Positions 1 to 9,864 of a stretch of DNA of 64,000 bases are shown here, piece by piece (within the stretch, counting starts at the first letter, position 1; each line of letters opens with the position of its first letter). Source of the stretch: an uncultured PS1 clade bacterium (lineage in GTDB: Bacteria; Pseudomonadota; Alphaproteobacteria; MED-G09). The translations under genes and the position numbers were made by a program. The stretch is from contig CACLNZ010000004.1 of the NCBI GenBank assembly GCA_902608415.1, positions 2,394 to 66,393 of the forward strand, given 5' to 3'. The notes below the pieces were generated by a model. It did no database searches, was not told the origin of the DNA, and saw nothing but the letters and a program-made list of their open reading frames with translations.

Positions 1-77
1 TTATTTAAAAATAGTCATTATATTATAATAAGTTAACAAATTAATAATAAAAATAAATATGTAAATTGGGGAAAACA

Positions 78-2540
78 ATGAAAAAAGTAAAATACCTATT
101 TATAGGCTTTTCGTTCATGATTTTATCTTTGACTACCATTTCTTCCTATGCTCAAGAAACAGAAAATAATGTAAATACTGGTATTGAAGAAATAATAGTG
201 ACTGCTAGACAACAGGCTGAGAGCTTACAAGATGTTCCTGTTACTGTTTCAGTAATGTCGGAGATGGACCTTGATCGTTATAATATAACAAGCTTAACAG
301 ATGCCGCAAAAATGGTTCCAAATTTTAGAATTAATCCTGGAGGCTCAGGAAACGGTTCTAATATTTATTTAAGAGGAATTGGTTCAAGCTCAATATCTGC
401 AGCGTTTGATCAATCAGTTGCGATTAATATTGACGGTGTAGTAGTTAATAGAGGTCGCTTTATTCACAATGCCTATCTTGATATGTCCCAGATTGAAGTT
501 CTTAAAGGACCGCAATCACTTTACTTCGGTAAGTCTGCAACTGCAGGTGTGATATCTATCAAAACAAATGATCCTACTGATGAGTTTGAAGCTGAGTTTG
601 GTGTTGGCGTTGAAACTGAACATGAAACAACTTTTTTTGAAGGCGTTATATCTGGACCCATAAGTGATAATTTGCTTGCCAGATTTGCATTTGGTACAAG
701 CGAAACAGATGAACTACGCGAAAATTATTCATTCGGAAACGATCCTATGCCTTACGGTAATGGAACAAAACCTTACTTTGGTGAAGAATCTACGAATGCA
801 AGATTGACTCTTTTATGGACACCAACTGAAAATTTAACAGCAAAACTAAAGTATCAATATTCAAAATATGAAAATGATGGTGGCGGAACAATGTATCAAG
901 AAGAATGGTGCGCTGATGGACTCGGCAATCCTCTTGCTCATCAAACAACTGGAGTTCCTGGTGCTACTGCAGCTTTTACTACTAGGCTTGGTGTTGATGA
1001 TTGTGTAATAAATGGCAATACCTCTAAAATTAATTTGGAGCCAGGATTAAGAGCTGGTCTTCCTTATGGTTTTGATAATGGTGAACCAGGCTTAGATCAG
1101 GAAACTGATATGATTTCTCTTCAAGTTGACTGGAATATTAATGATAATTTAAACTTAACATCCATCACTAGTATTGTTGAATTAGATCATGTTGAATTAG
1201 ATGATTATAGTTATGGTGCGGGTGTTTATGGGGGTTTACATAGAAATGTTTATGAACATACATCACAAGAATTTAGACTAGTCAGTGATTATGATGGAGC
1301 ATTTAATTTCCAGGCAGGTGTATTTGTTCAGGAGATTGAGCAAAGATTTGATGCTCATCAATATGCTTTTAACCTTCCAATTACTCCAAATATATTTGGT
1401 CCAGCTTTAGCGTTTTTTGGTGCTTTTGATCCAACATCTCCTCTTGTAGGACCGGACCCAGCTACTGGAAATATGTATGACTATAATAAAGATCATTATC
1501 TTGATACTGATGTAAGGTCAGCTAGTCTTGCTATTTATGTTGATGTTAATGAAAGAACTGAATTATCATTTGGCGCGAGATATACTGAAGAAGAAAAGAC
1601 AGGATATATAAAAATTCCTTATATCCATGCTGCTGCTGCAGCCTTTGGTTTTGGTGCCCCTCCTTTAATTGAAGGTTTAGAATTTGAGGATGATAATCTA
1701 TCGCCTGAAGTTGCTATAAATTACTATATCAATGAAGATACAAGTATTTATGTTGCTTATAAAAAGGCGTTTAAATCTGGTGGAATAGATAACAGCGCTT
1801 TACCAACAGCATCTATTAATCCTTTATCGCCTACTTTCGAAGGCTTTGATGCATTGATTTATGATTCTGAAGAAGTAGATGGTTTTGAAATTGGTTTAAA
1901 ATCTAATCTTCTTGATAATAATATGAGATTAAATGCAACATATTATAAGTATGAATATACTAATCTTCAGGTTCAACTTTTCGATGCGGCAATTATCCAG
2001 TTCAGTACTTTTAATGCAGGTGCAGTTGAAACTGAGGGATTTGAAGCAGATTTACTTTGGTATACAGATATACCTGGACTATCTTTAAGAGGACAATTTG
2101 CTTGGACAGATGCTACTAACACTGGTGATTTTGTAACTCCTGGCGGAGAAAACCTTAAAGGTAGCAAGAGATCATATAGCCCTGAAATAGCTGGATCCTT
2201 TGGATTAAGTTATGACTCTGGACTATCAAATGGTTGGAGATATAATATTTCGACTGACGCAAGATACAGTGATGAATACGGTTGGGGGACTTATATAGAT
2301 TCACCAATGCAGGATTCTTTTTGGATTAATGATGCTGCATTAAGCCTATACTCCGAAGATGGTAAACATTCGTTTAATCTTATTGGAAGAAATCTCGGTG
2401 ATGAAATTGTAATTATTACAGGTGGAGCAATACCTGGAAGAATTTCAACGCAATCAGGTTCATCGGCCCTTATTCAAGACCAAGCGTTAACAACAGGGCA
2501 AGGTAGAACTCTCACATTACAATATAAATATAAAATGTAA
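78..2540 (+). CDS. TonB-dependent outer-membrane receptor (substrate unknown)
   Basis: ORF 66..2540. Signal peptide (KYLFIGFSFMILSLTTISSYA), TonB-box/plug region 'EEIIVTARQQAESLQDVPVTVSVM' and 'IEVLKGPQSLYFGKSATAGVI', then a long beta-barrel-type sequence. ATG at 78 lies 5-6 nt after a GGGGA Shine-Dalgarno, so it is preferred over TTG at 66. Confidence 0.9.
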   Translation: MKKVKYLFIGFSFMILSLTTISSYAQETENNVNTGIEEIIVTARQQAESLQDVPVTVSVMSEMDLDRYNITSLTDAAKMVPNFRINPGGSGNGSNIYLRGIGSSSISAAFDQSVAINIDGVVVNRGRFIHNAYLDMSQIEVLKGPQSLYFGKSATAGVISIKTNDPTDEFEAEFGVGVETEHETTFFEGVISGPISDNLLARFAFGTSETDELRENYSFGNDPMPYGNGTKPYFGEESTNARLTLLWTPTENLTAKLKYQYSKYENDGGGTMYQEEWCADGLGNPLAHQTTGVPGATAAFTTRLGVDDCVINGNTSKINLEPGLRAGLPYGFDNGEPGLDQETDMISLQVDWNINDNLNLTSITSIVELDHVELDDYSYGAGVYGGLHRNVYEHTSQEFRLVSDYDGAFNFQAGVFVQEIEQRFDAHQYAFNLPITPNIFGPALAFFGAFDPTSPLVGPDPATGNMYDYNKDHYLDTDVRSASLAIYVDVNERTELSFGARYTEEEKTGYIKIPYIHAAAAAFGFGAPPLIEGLEFEDDNLSPEVAINYYINEDTSIYVAYKKAFKSGGIDNSALPTASINPLSPTFEGFDALIYDSEEVDGFEIGLKSNLLDNNMRLNATYYKYEYTNLQVQLFDAAIIQFSTFNAGAVETEGFEADLLWYTDIPGLSLRGQFAWTDATNTGDFVTPGGENLKGSKRSYSPEIAGSFGLSYDSGLSNGWRYNISTDARYSDEYGWGTYIDSPMQDSFWINDAALSLYSEDGKHSFNLIGRNLGDEIVIITGGAIPGRISTQSGSSALIQDQALTTGQGRTLTLQYKYKM

Positions 2541-2561
2541 TTAAGAAATAAATAGTTATAG

Positions 2562-2592
2562 AAAAGGGCCATAAATTATGGCCCTTTTTTTT
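2562..2592 (+). terminator. Rho-independent terminator after the receptor gene
   Basis: GGGCCATA (2566-2573) pairs with TATGGCCC (2577-2584): 8-bp stem, 3-nt loop. Preceded by AAAA and followed by T8 (2585-2592). Confidence 0.85.
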
Positions 2593-2704
2593 AAAGAACA
2601 CGAAATAATTAATTTATAATTAAAAAGGTCATTTTTAAATAGCCTTTTTTTATACCTTTGTTAATAATATATCATATAAACTAAAACTGAACTGGAGCCT
2701 TACT

Positions 2705-3220
2705 ATGGAAGAAATGTCTCAAAATCCTGATGAAGAAACACTAGAATATGTTTTTAACCAAACTATGCTTCGGATAAAAGACCCTGAAAAATCAATTAAT
2801 TTCTACACTACAATCCTTGGTATGACTATTTTAAAAAAATTAGACTTCCCAGATTTTAAATTCTCTTTATATTTTCTTGCCTACCTTAGAGATGAAGATG
2901 ATCCTGTTCCTGAAAATAACCAGGATAGATTTGCTTATACTTTAAGCCAAAAGGCTGTTTTAGAATTAACTCATAACTGGGGAACAGAAAATGATGAAAA
3001 CTTTTCTCATCATGATGGCAATTCTGATCCTAGAGGATTTGGCCATATTGGTATAACTGTCCCAGATGTTTATGAGGCATGCGAAAGATTTGAATCGCTT
3101 GGAGTAGAGTTCCAAAAAAAACCAGATGATGGAAATATGAAAGGACTTGCCTTTATAAAAGATCCTGATGGATATTGGATAGAAATTCTCTCGGCTAAGG
3201 GTTTGGCTAGCACAATCTAG
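2705..3220 (+). CDS. gloA: Lactoylglutathione lyase (glyoxalase I), long eukaryote-like form
   Basis: 171 aa. '[18 protein letters not shown]', '[10 protein letters not shown]', '[25 protein letters not shown]' and '[17 protein letters not shown]' are near-colinear with the human GLO1 sequence as I remember it. Confidence 0.9.
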   Translation: MEEMSQNPDEETLEYVFNQTMLRIKDPEKSINFYTTILGMTILKKLDFPDFKFSLYFLAYLRDEDDPVPENNQDRFAYTLSQKAVLELTHNWGTENDENFSHHDGNSDPRGFGHIGITVPDVYEACERFESLGVEFQKKPDDGNMKGLAFIKDPDGYWIEILSAKGLASTI

Positions 3221-4134
3221 TCATTTAAATTACTAGATTTAAAATCATTAATAAGAGAAACAATCTCTTCAGTTCTAGAATTTATGATATTATGACCGCC
3301 TTCAAACGAAAATGTTTTAGCGTCAGGAACTAATTCAATTGCTTTTAGTATTGAGTCTATCGGGACATCTTCGTCATCTGGAGCATAAGTAATGTGAACT
3401 GGGATTTCATAATCATTGATTAATTGATAATCATTATAAAAATTATGCTTTGTGAAGTTTTTCATAAGAGAGCTAAATGAATATTGAGTTCCTTTAACAT
3501 TAAATTGCTCGATAAAATGATCTGGGTCTTGGCTATCATCAGTTAAACCATATCCTCTTTTCACTAACCTATTAATAATAAAAAACCTCAAATAGAAATC
3601 CCAAAAAATTGGGATAGATGCAAAGTTTTCTAACCCAATTGTCTGTAACCCAACAAAAGGTACATTTAAAATTAAGGCTTTAACTTTAGCAGGGTTTTTA
3701 GCTGCATAATTAGATGCTAAAGCGCCTCCCATAGACACCCCCATTAAAGTAAAATTATCTAACGATAAATGATTAATAAAATCATTTAGTTGGTTTTGAT
3801 AAGTATGCATATTATATTTTATTTTTGGCCTATCAGAATAACCTCTTCCGAAATGATCATAAACATAAACCTTATAGCCAATTTCAGATAAGCTTGTGGC
3901 AATCTTTTTATAATAATGCGAAGGAACAGTAACTCCGTGAATAAGAATTAAAGGTTCATTAATATCCTCACCAATTGAATAATAAGCAGTTTTACCATGG
4001 CTATTATTAAAAAAAGAATATTCACTATCTATTTCCAAATCACTTATATCAATTGTTTCTCTATTTCCAGAAACATAAACAAAAAAGAATATTAGAAATA
4101 ATATGAAAAAAATATATATAAACCAATTGACCAT
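3217..4134 (-). CDS. Alpha/beta-fold hydrolase with N-terminal membrane anchor
   Basis: 305 aa. N-terminal hydrophobic segment, 'LILIHGV' oxyanion region, 'GVSMGG' nucleophile elbow (G-x-S-x-G), and a C-terminal 'GGHN' His region. Confidence 0.75.
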   Translation of the reverse strand: MVNWFIYIFFILFLIFFFVYVSGNRETIDISDLEIDSEYSFFNNSHGKTAYYSIGEDINEPLILIHGVTVPSHYYKKIATSLSEIGYKVYVYDHFGRGYSDRPKIKYNMHTYQNQLNDFINHLSLDNFTLMGVSMGGALASNYAAKNPAKVKALILNVPFVGLQTIGLENFASIPIFWDFYLRFFIINRLVKRGYGLTDDSQDPDHFIEQFNVKGTQYSFSSLMKNFTKHNFYNDYQLINDYEIPVHITYAPDDEDVPIDSILKAIELVPDAKTFSFEGGHNIINSRTEEIVSLINDFKSSNLND

Positions 4135-4175
4135 AACTTTTCTCTAAACAATTATAACATAAGGAGGATAATAAT

Positions 4176-4952
4176 ATGCCAATTTTAGAATTATTTAATT
4201 TAAAAGATGATGTAGCTGTTGTAACGGGTGCCGGCAAAGGTATAGGAAAAGGAATTGCAATTGCTTTAGCTGAAGCTGGGTCAAATGTTGTCCTTGCCTC
4301 CAGAACAGAAAAGGACCTTAGCGAAGTACAAAAGGAAATTAAGAAATTAGGAAGAGAGGCAATAGTAGTGCCGATAGATGTTACAAACCCAAATTCTTTT
4401 GAAGACTTAAGTGAAAAAGCCCTTAAAGAGTTTGGTAAAATAAGTACATGGGTAAATAACGCTGGAGGTTTACCGGATGGAACTCCACGCTATCTTACTA
4501 AGACTTCTTTTGAGGAGTTTGAGGCACAAATAAACCTTAACTTCACTGCTGTTTTTAATGGCTGTATTACTGCGGCCATGAAAATGCAGGAGGGAGGTGC
4601 AATAATTAATATTTCTTCTAGTTCATCAAAAAATATGCAAGGAAATATAAAAAACGGCCCATATGGCGCCTCGAAAGCTGCTGTCAACAGTTTGACAGCA
4701 ACTCTTGCATTGGAGTTAGCCCCTAAAATTAGGGTTAATGCTATTGCGCCAGGTCCAATACCAACAGAAAACTTTAAGGATTCAATGAACATGCATACAG
4801 AAGAAAGAGAGAAAGAATTAAAGAAATATATTCCTATTCCGCTCAATAGATGGGGGTCTCCTGAAGATATAGGTGCGGCAGTAGTCTTTATGGCATCAAA
4901 TGCGTCAAGCTGGGTGACTGGACAATGTCTTTTTGTTGATGGCGGCACTTAA
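4176..4952 (+). CDS. Short-chain dehydrogenase/reductase (SDR)
   Basis: 'VTGAGKGIGKGIA' dinucleotide motif, 'NNAG', catalytic 'YGASKAA' (Y-x3-K). GGAGGA Shine-Dalgarno upstream. Confidence 0.85.
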   Translation: MPILELFNLKDDVAVVTGAGKGIGKGIAIALAEAGSNVVLASRTEKDLSEVQKEIKKLGREAIVVPIDVTNPNSFEDLSEKALKEFGKISTWVNNAGGLPDGTPRYLTKTSFEEFEAQINLNFTAVFNGCITAAMKMQEGGAIINISSSSSKNMQGNIKNGPYGASKAAVNSLTATLALELAPKIRVNAIAPGPIPTENFKDSMNMHTEEREKELKKYIPIPLNRWGSPEDIGAAVVFMASNASSWVTGQCLFVDGGT

Positions 4953-6331
4953 AAGTCTAAGGGGATTTCAATCAATATAATCAAGCCTGAAGGCTTAGCA
5001 TTTATTAATTTTAAAGTGCCTCCATGAAATTTAACAGCTGAACTAACAAGATTTAAACCCAATCCAGAACCTTTTAAACTTCTACTAGTATCAAGTCTCA
5101 CAAATCTCGCTAATACTCTATCTTTATCAGCATCTCTAATTCCAATACCATTATCGCTTACCCATAAAGATAAAAGGTTTTCATTTTGTTTTGCTCCAAC
5201 ATTTATAGCTGGGTTATTATTTGAACAACCATAGTTAATAGCGTTTTCAATTAAATTGGCTAAAGCCTGAGAGAGTAAATTATAATTACCATTGATAATA
5301 ATATCTTCATTAACTTCGTAATTTAATTTAATCCCATCTGACTCAGCAATAGGCTCATATAACTCATGCATATTTAAAATTAATTCTTTTAGGCTTACTG
5401 GATTTCTGTCTAAATCTGATGTACCTGATTCAACTTTTGATATAGACAAAATGGAATTAAAAGTTTTAATCAAATTGTCAGTTTCTACAAGAGCATCTTC
5501 AAATGATTTCTTATATTGATCTATATCTGGGTTTGACATTAATGTGACCTCTAAATTTGTTCTAATTCTGTTTAGAGGAGTTCTTAAATCATGGGCAACA
5601 TTATCAGAGACCTCCTTCATATTGGTCATTAGAGAATCTAATCTATCTAACATTTCATTTAAATTAGATGATAATTGATTTAATTCATCTTTACCTTTTG
5701 TTGTTGGTAAACGCTCTTTTAAATTACCATCCATGATTTTTTTACTTGTTTTATTTATATCTGAAATTCTTTTTAGAAAATTTCTACTTAGGATATAACC
5801 TCCAAAGATTCCAAGAAAAATAATAATTAGAATTGACCATAAAGAGCTATAAAGAAACCTCTCTTTCAGAATCTTTTCATCATTTACTACCCTGCCAACA
5901 ATTAATCTTAAATTCCTACGTGGAGTTATAAAATTTCTTCCTCTACCATAATGGATCTTTTCAACTCCATTTTCATTTACTTGATATGCAAACTCTATCC
6001 ATCCATCATCATTAACTTTAACATCATTAGGCTCAGATTTTATATTACCTGCTATATAGTTATTTTGAGAGTCATAAAGCCTATAAATATCAAGTGTTGC
6101 TCTAGATGTTTCGCTTCTTATATAATTTAAAAGACCTTGCTCTCTGTATCTTAAATAAATATTATTTAAATCTTCTACTTTCTCTATTATTTTTTGATCC
6201 GCTTCTAACTCAATATCTCTTGCTGTTGTGTAATATAAAAACATCAAAACAAGACCAATCGACAATCCTAAAAGCATCGTATAGGTAAAAATTAGTCTAA
6301 AACTAGCTAAATTAAATGGATTATTCATCAT
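4949..6331 (-). CDS. Sensor histidine kinase (2 TM, HAMP, HisKA, HATPase_c)
   Basis: H-box 'AHDLRTPLNRI', N-box 'NLIENAINY', G-boxes 'DNGIGI' and 'GSGLGLNLV'. Two TM segments flank a periplasmic region of about 130 aa. Overlaps the upstream response regulator by 11 nt. Confidence 0.9.
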   Translation of the reverse strand: MMNNPFNLASFRLIFTYTMLLGLSIGLVLMFLYYTTARDIELEADQKIIEKVEDLNNIYLRYREQGLLNYIRSETSRATLDIYRLYDSQNNYIAGNIKSEPNDVKVNDDGWIEFAYQVNENGVEKIHYGRGRNFITPRRNLRLIVGRVVNDEKILKERFLYSSLWSILIIIFLGIFGGYILSRNFLKRISDINKTSKKIMDGNLKERLPTTKGKDELNQLSSNLNEMLDRLDSLMTNMKEVSDNVAHDLRTPLNRIRTNLEVTLMSNPDIDQYKKSFEDALVETDNLIKTFNSILSISKVESGTSDLDRNPVSLKELILNMHELYEPIAESDGIKLNYEVNEDIIINGNYNLLSQALANLIENAINYGCSNNNPAINVGAKQNENLLSLWVSDNGIGIRDADKDRVLARFVRLDTSRSLKGSGLGLNLVSSAVKFHGGTLKLINAKPSGLIILIEIPLDF

Positions 6332-7001
6332 ACCTTAAAGCATATCCAGCACCGCGTTCTGTAAAGAGCATTTGCTTTCCTTTAAAAGGTTTATCTATTT
6401 TTGAGCGTAATCTAGATATATGAACATCAATAACATTTGTTTGAGGATCAAAATGATATTCCCAAACACCTTCTAAAAGCATAGTTCTTGTAACAACTTG
6501 ATTAGGCCTTCTAAGTAAAAACTCCAAGAGTTTGTATTCTCTAGGCTGTAGATCGATAATTTGCCCCTCCCTTTCAACTCTACGACTTAATAAATCAAGT
6601 TTTAAATCACCTAATTCAAGCAAACTGTTGTTATTATCATGTTGATTTCTTCTAATTACAGCATCTAGACGTGCTAATAATTCTGAAAAGGAAAAAGGTT
6701 TAGCCAAATAGTCATCTGCACCATATTTAAGGCCCTTTACACGCTCATCTACTTCACCTAAGGCCGAAAGAATTATTATTGGTATATCTAAATTTTTTTC
6801 TCTAATTTTAGTAATTAAAGTTAAACCATCTAATTCTGGAAGCATCCTATCAACAATCAATGCATCAAAGTTTGAGTCAAAAACCATAAACAGGCCTTCT
6901 TTTCCGTCACTAGCCCTATCTACTACATGACCGCTTTCTTTGAGGCCCTTCGTTAAATAAGATGCAGTCTCATTATCGTCTTCTACAAGCAATATATGCA
7001 T
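6321..7001 (-). CDS. OmpR/PhoB-family response regulator
   Basis: Receiver domain ('ILLVEDD', 'DALIVDRMLP', 'DYLAKPF') plus winged-helix output ('LTERGAGYALR'). Confidence 0.9.
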   Translation of the reverse strand: MHILLVEDDNETASYLTKGLKESGHVVDRASDGKEGLFMVFDSNFDALIVDRMLPELDGLTLITKIREKNLDIPIIILSALGEVDERVKGLKYGADDYLAKPFSFSELLARLDAVIRRNQHDNNNSLLELGDLKLDLLSRRVEREGQIIDLQPREYKLLEFLLRRPNQVVTRTMLLEGVWEYHFDPQTNVIDVHISRLRSKIDKPFKGKQMLFTERGAGYALRYDE

Positions 7002-7055
7002 AAATTACTCCTCTTATAAGAATAATTCATATTAACCAATTATGTCATTATTTTA

Positions 7056-7108
7056 ATTTGGCCACATCTATATGATGGGGGAGGCTTTTAATATAGATGT
7101 GGCCAAAT
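7056..7108. repeat. Perfect 18-bp inverted repeat with 17-nt spacer in a divergent intergenic region
   Basis: ATTTGGCCACATCTATAT (7056-7073) is the exact reverse complement of ATATAGATGTGGCCAAAT (7091-7108). Spacer is GATGGGGGAGGCTTTTA. Followed on the + strand by ATATTTTTC. Confidence 0.9.
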
Positions 7109-7177
7109 ATTTTTCAATCAAACCATTATCTAATAGTTTCCTTTACCAGAACATTTCTTTAATATTAATTTTTTTTA

Positions 7178-8383
7178 ATGTTCATAAGGGAGTTTAAGTT
7201 GAATATTTTAAATGGAATTAGAGTTTTAGATTTTGGAAGGTATATTGCTGGTCCTTATTGTGCTGCACTTCTAGGAGATCTAGGTGCGGAAGTTATAAGG
7301 GTTGAAAGAATTGATGGTTCCGAAGATAGATATATACATCCTATAGGAAATCCCAATGGTGAAGGCGCCATGTTTATGCAAATGAATAGAAATAAAAAGG
7401 GATTAACATTAAATCCCACAAAGGATGGATCTCAAGAAATAGTTAAAAAGCTCATTGAATCAGCAGATGTTGTGGTAGCCAATCTTCCTCCCCAAACCCT
7501 AAAAAGAATGGGTATAGATTATGAAACAATCAAAAAATATAACAATAAAATAATACTAACCACTGTTTCTGCATTTGGTCACGGTGGACCATATTCTGAA
7601 AGGGTTGGATTTGATGGCGTTGGTCAGGCTATGTCCGGAGCAACACATTTAACTGGGTATGAAGATGAGCCAATAAAAGCCTATTCTCCTTATGTTGATT
7701 ATGGAACTGCATCACTTACAGCTATGGGTACCCTGGCTGCAATTATTGACAGAGAAAAAACTGGTAAAGGACAAGTTGTTGAAGGAGCTCTTTTTGCTAC
7801 ATCTCTAGCATACATGAATACTCATCTCATCGAAGAGGCAATAACAAATAAAAATAGAAAAGCAATTGGAAATAAAAGTCCTTATGCAGGACCTGTAGAT
7901 ATAGTTAAAACAAAAGATGGATGGATTGTTGTCCAAGTTCTTGGAGAACCATTGTTTAAAAGATGGGCAAATTTAGTAGGAGCTGAAGATTTTCTAAATG
8001 ACGATAGATTTTCTACTGATATTAAAAGAGGAGAAAACTCTCAAATTCTAAGTGATAAAACTCAAGATTGGTGCAAAGGTTTATCATCAAAAGAGGCTTT
8101 AAATTTACTTTCTGAAGCTCAGGTGCCTGCTGGGCCAGTTAATAATTTAGCTGATGTTTTAAAAGATGAACATGTTAATCAGATGAATTTTTTTCAAAAT
8201 GTAGAATATCCAGGATTAAATAAACCTGCGCCAGTTATGGGATTACCGATAAACCTATCAAATTCAGAAAATAAAATTAAAAAGAGACCTCCAACTCTAG
8301 GTGAAGATACAAATCAAATTCTAACTGAACTAGGTTTCTCTGAAGAGAAAATTAATATATTTAGAGATAAACGAATTATTTAA
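7178..8383 (+). CDS. Family III CoA-transferase (CaiB/BaiF type)
   Basis: 'GIRVLDFGRYIAGPYCAALLGDLGAEVIRVE' N-terminal signature and 'VANLPP' region; about 400 aa. An alternative TTG start at 7199 sits 6 nt after AAGGGAG and may be the true start. Confidence 0.85.
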   Translation: MFIREFKLNILNGIRVLDFGRYIAGPYCAALLGDLGAEVIRVERIDGSEDRYIHPIGNPNGEGAMFMQMNRNKKGLTLNPTKDGSQEIVKKLIESADVVVANLPPQTLKRMGIDYETIKKYNNKIILTTVSAFGHGGPYSERVGFDGVGQAMSGATHLTGYEDEPIKAYSPYVDYGTASLTAMGTLAAIIDREKTGKGQVVEGALFATSLAYMNTHLIEEAITNKNRKAIGNKSPYAGPVDIVKTKDGWIVVQVLGEPLFKRWANLVGAEDFLNDDRFSTDIKRGENSQILSDKTQDWCKGLSSKEALNLLSEAQVPAGPVNNLADVLKDEHVNQMNFFQNVEYPGLNKPAPVMGLPINLSNSENKIKKRPPTLGEDTNQILTELGFSEEKINIFRDKRII

Positions 8384-9075
8384 AACCCTATAAAGTCTGT
8401 AAAATCTTCAATATCTACTCTTTTACTCCTAAATGTATTTATTGGGTCATCTTCATCAGCGTAACCAATGCCCATTCCACAAAATAGCATTAATTCTTCA
8501 GGTATATTTAAGAATTTACTAACTGTTTTATACCAAACTGCCCATGCCTCTTGTGGTGCTGTATGTAAGCCCTCTTCTCTTGCTAACAGCATGATTGACT
8601 GCATAAACATTCCTAAATCTGACCATTGACCTTCTTGCATTTGCCTGTCGATTGCAAAAAAGATTGCTACAGGAGCACCAAAGAATTCAAAATTTCTTTT
8701 AAATTGATTAAGCCTCCCAGCTTTATCATCTTTAGGTATATTCAAAACCTCATACATAGACCTTCCTACTTCCCTTCGCCTTGACTCATATGGCTCTTTT
8801 AGGTTTTTTGGATAAATATTATATTCTGTTCCTTCTCCCATAGGGTTTTCTTTAATTTTATTAGCAACATCTCCGATGAAATCTTTTAGAGGATTCCCTG
8901 AAACAACCCATATTTTCCATGGTTGAAGATTCCCGCCTGATGGGGCTCTTTTAGCTTTCTCTAAAAGATCAATAATTACTTTCTTTTCTGGAACTTTGTT
9001 AGTGAAAGCTCTACATGTTAAACGAGTGTCTAAAGCTTCACTAACTGTAGCCGCTTTTTTAGATAATTTTTTCAT
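8380..9075 (-). CDS. Nitroreductase-family flavoprotein
   Basis: 'RLTCRAFTNK', 'APSGGNLQPW' and 'FGAPVAIFF' are typical of the nitroreductase fold. Confidence 0.8.
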   Translation of the reverse strand: MKKLSKKAATVSEALDTRLTCRAFTNKVPEKKVIIDLLEKAKRAPSGGNLQPWKIWVVSGNPLKDFIGDVANKIKENPMGEGTEYNIYPKNLKEPYESRRREVGRSMYEVLNIPKDDKAGRLNQFKRNFEFFGAPVAIFFAIDRQMQEGQWSDLGMFMQSIMLLAREEGLHTAPQEAWAVWYKTVSKFLNIPEELMLFCGMGIGYADEDDPINTFRSKRVDIEDFTDFIGF

Positions 9076-9078
9076 CTT

Positions 9079-9864
9079 TTAACTTTCATTTTCTTTTACG
9101 CTTTGATGCCAACGCCTTAAAATACTATATTCTATGGTAGACATTAATAAAAATAGAAATATTCCTGATAAGACAAGCAATACTAAAGCTGAAAATAGCT
9201 TCGCTATATCTAATCTGTTACCAGATTCTATAATAATCCAAGATAAACCAGCAGATGAACCAGTGCCAGCTACAAATTCTGCTACAACAGTTCCAATTAA
9301 TGCCAAACCTATTGAAGTCTTCATCCCAGTTAAAATATAAGGTGTTGCGTAAGGTAAATTCAATTTTGTTAAAGTTTGCCACTTTGAGGCTCTATTTATA
9401 AGAAACAGTTCTTTTAAATTTTTATCAACTGAACGAAAACCTAAATTAGTATTTGCTAGTACAGGAAAAAAGGCAACAATTACCGATAAAATAAGTATTG
9501 CTATTTCAGCGTTATCAAGACCTACCCATATTATAATTAATGGCGCAATTGCAACAACCGGGGTCACTTGAAAGATTACCGTAATTGGATAGAGAGAGAT
9601 TTCCAAAATCTTTGATAAGGAAAAAATTATAGCTAAACCTATTGCAATAAGTGTAGCAATTAAGAATGCAAATAATGTAATTTTAAGTGTATTTAATGTT
9701 GCCAGTAGTAATTCCTTTAAATTATCATTTAAAGAAAGAAAAATATCTGTTGGAGCTGGCAAAATATAGAGTTGTATAGAAAATAAATTAACAAGAAACT
9801 CCCATATTATAAAAATGATAGTTAAAGCAATTATTGGAGAAAAATAAGTAGATAATTTATTCAT
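9079..9864 (-). CDS. ABC transporter permease (NitT/TauT family)
   Basis: 261 aa with about 6 TM segments; the 'RASKWQTLTKLNLPYATPYILTGMK' EAA-like loop is typical of SsuC/TauC/ThiX-type permeases. Confidence 0.85.
   Translation of the reverse strand: MNKLSTYFSPIIALTIIFIIWEFLVNLFSIQLYILPAPTDIFLSLNDNLKELLLATLNTLKITLFAFLIATLIAIGLAIIFSLSKILEISLYPITVIFQVTPVVAIAPLIIIWVGLDNAEIAILILSVIVAFFPVLANTNLGFRSVDKNLKELFLINRASKWQTLTKLNLPYATPYILTGMKTSIGLALIGTVVAEFVAGTGSSAGLSWIIIESGNRLDIAKLFSALVLLVLSGIFLFLLMSTIEYSILRRWHQSVKENES

Noticed and set aside
1-65. Fur-box-like sequence (AAAATAGTCATTATATT) upstream of the first TonB-dependent receptor.
   Set aside because: The match is only about 13/19 to consensus by hand, in extremely AT-rich DNA at the window edge. 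It lacks the AATGATTATTAAT core shared by the other two iron promoters.
1973-2167. Short antisense or alternate-frame ORFs from the six-frame track. Coordinates: 1973-2167, 4490-4948, 6106-6288, 9134-9340, 11715-11918, 13033-13266, 16244-16561, 19729-19926, 22155-22521, 23112-23976, 26234-26443, 28636-28842, 29336-29536, 30201-30392, 30590-30778, 33241-33444, 33685-33879, 34329-34538, 35333-35524, 36354-36755, 39480-39914, 40101-40307, 40589-40909, 42637-42876, 43020-43205, 43891-44109, 46422-46616, 58342-58542.
   Set aside because: All lie wholly inside or antisense to long ORFs that have clear family signatures. Their translations are low-complexity or hydrophobic shadow sequences without start-site support.
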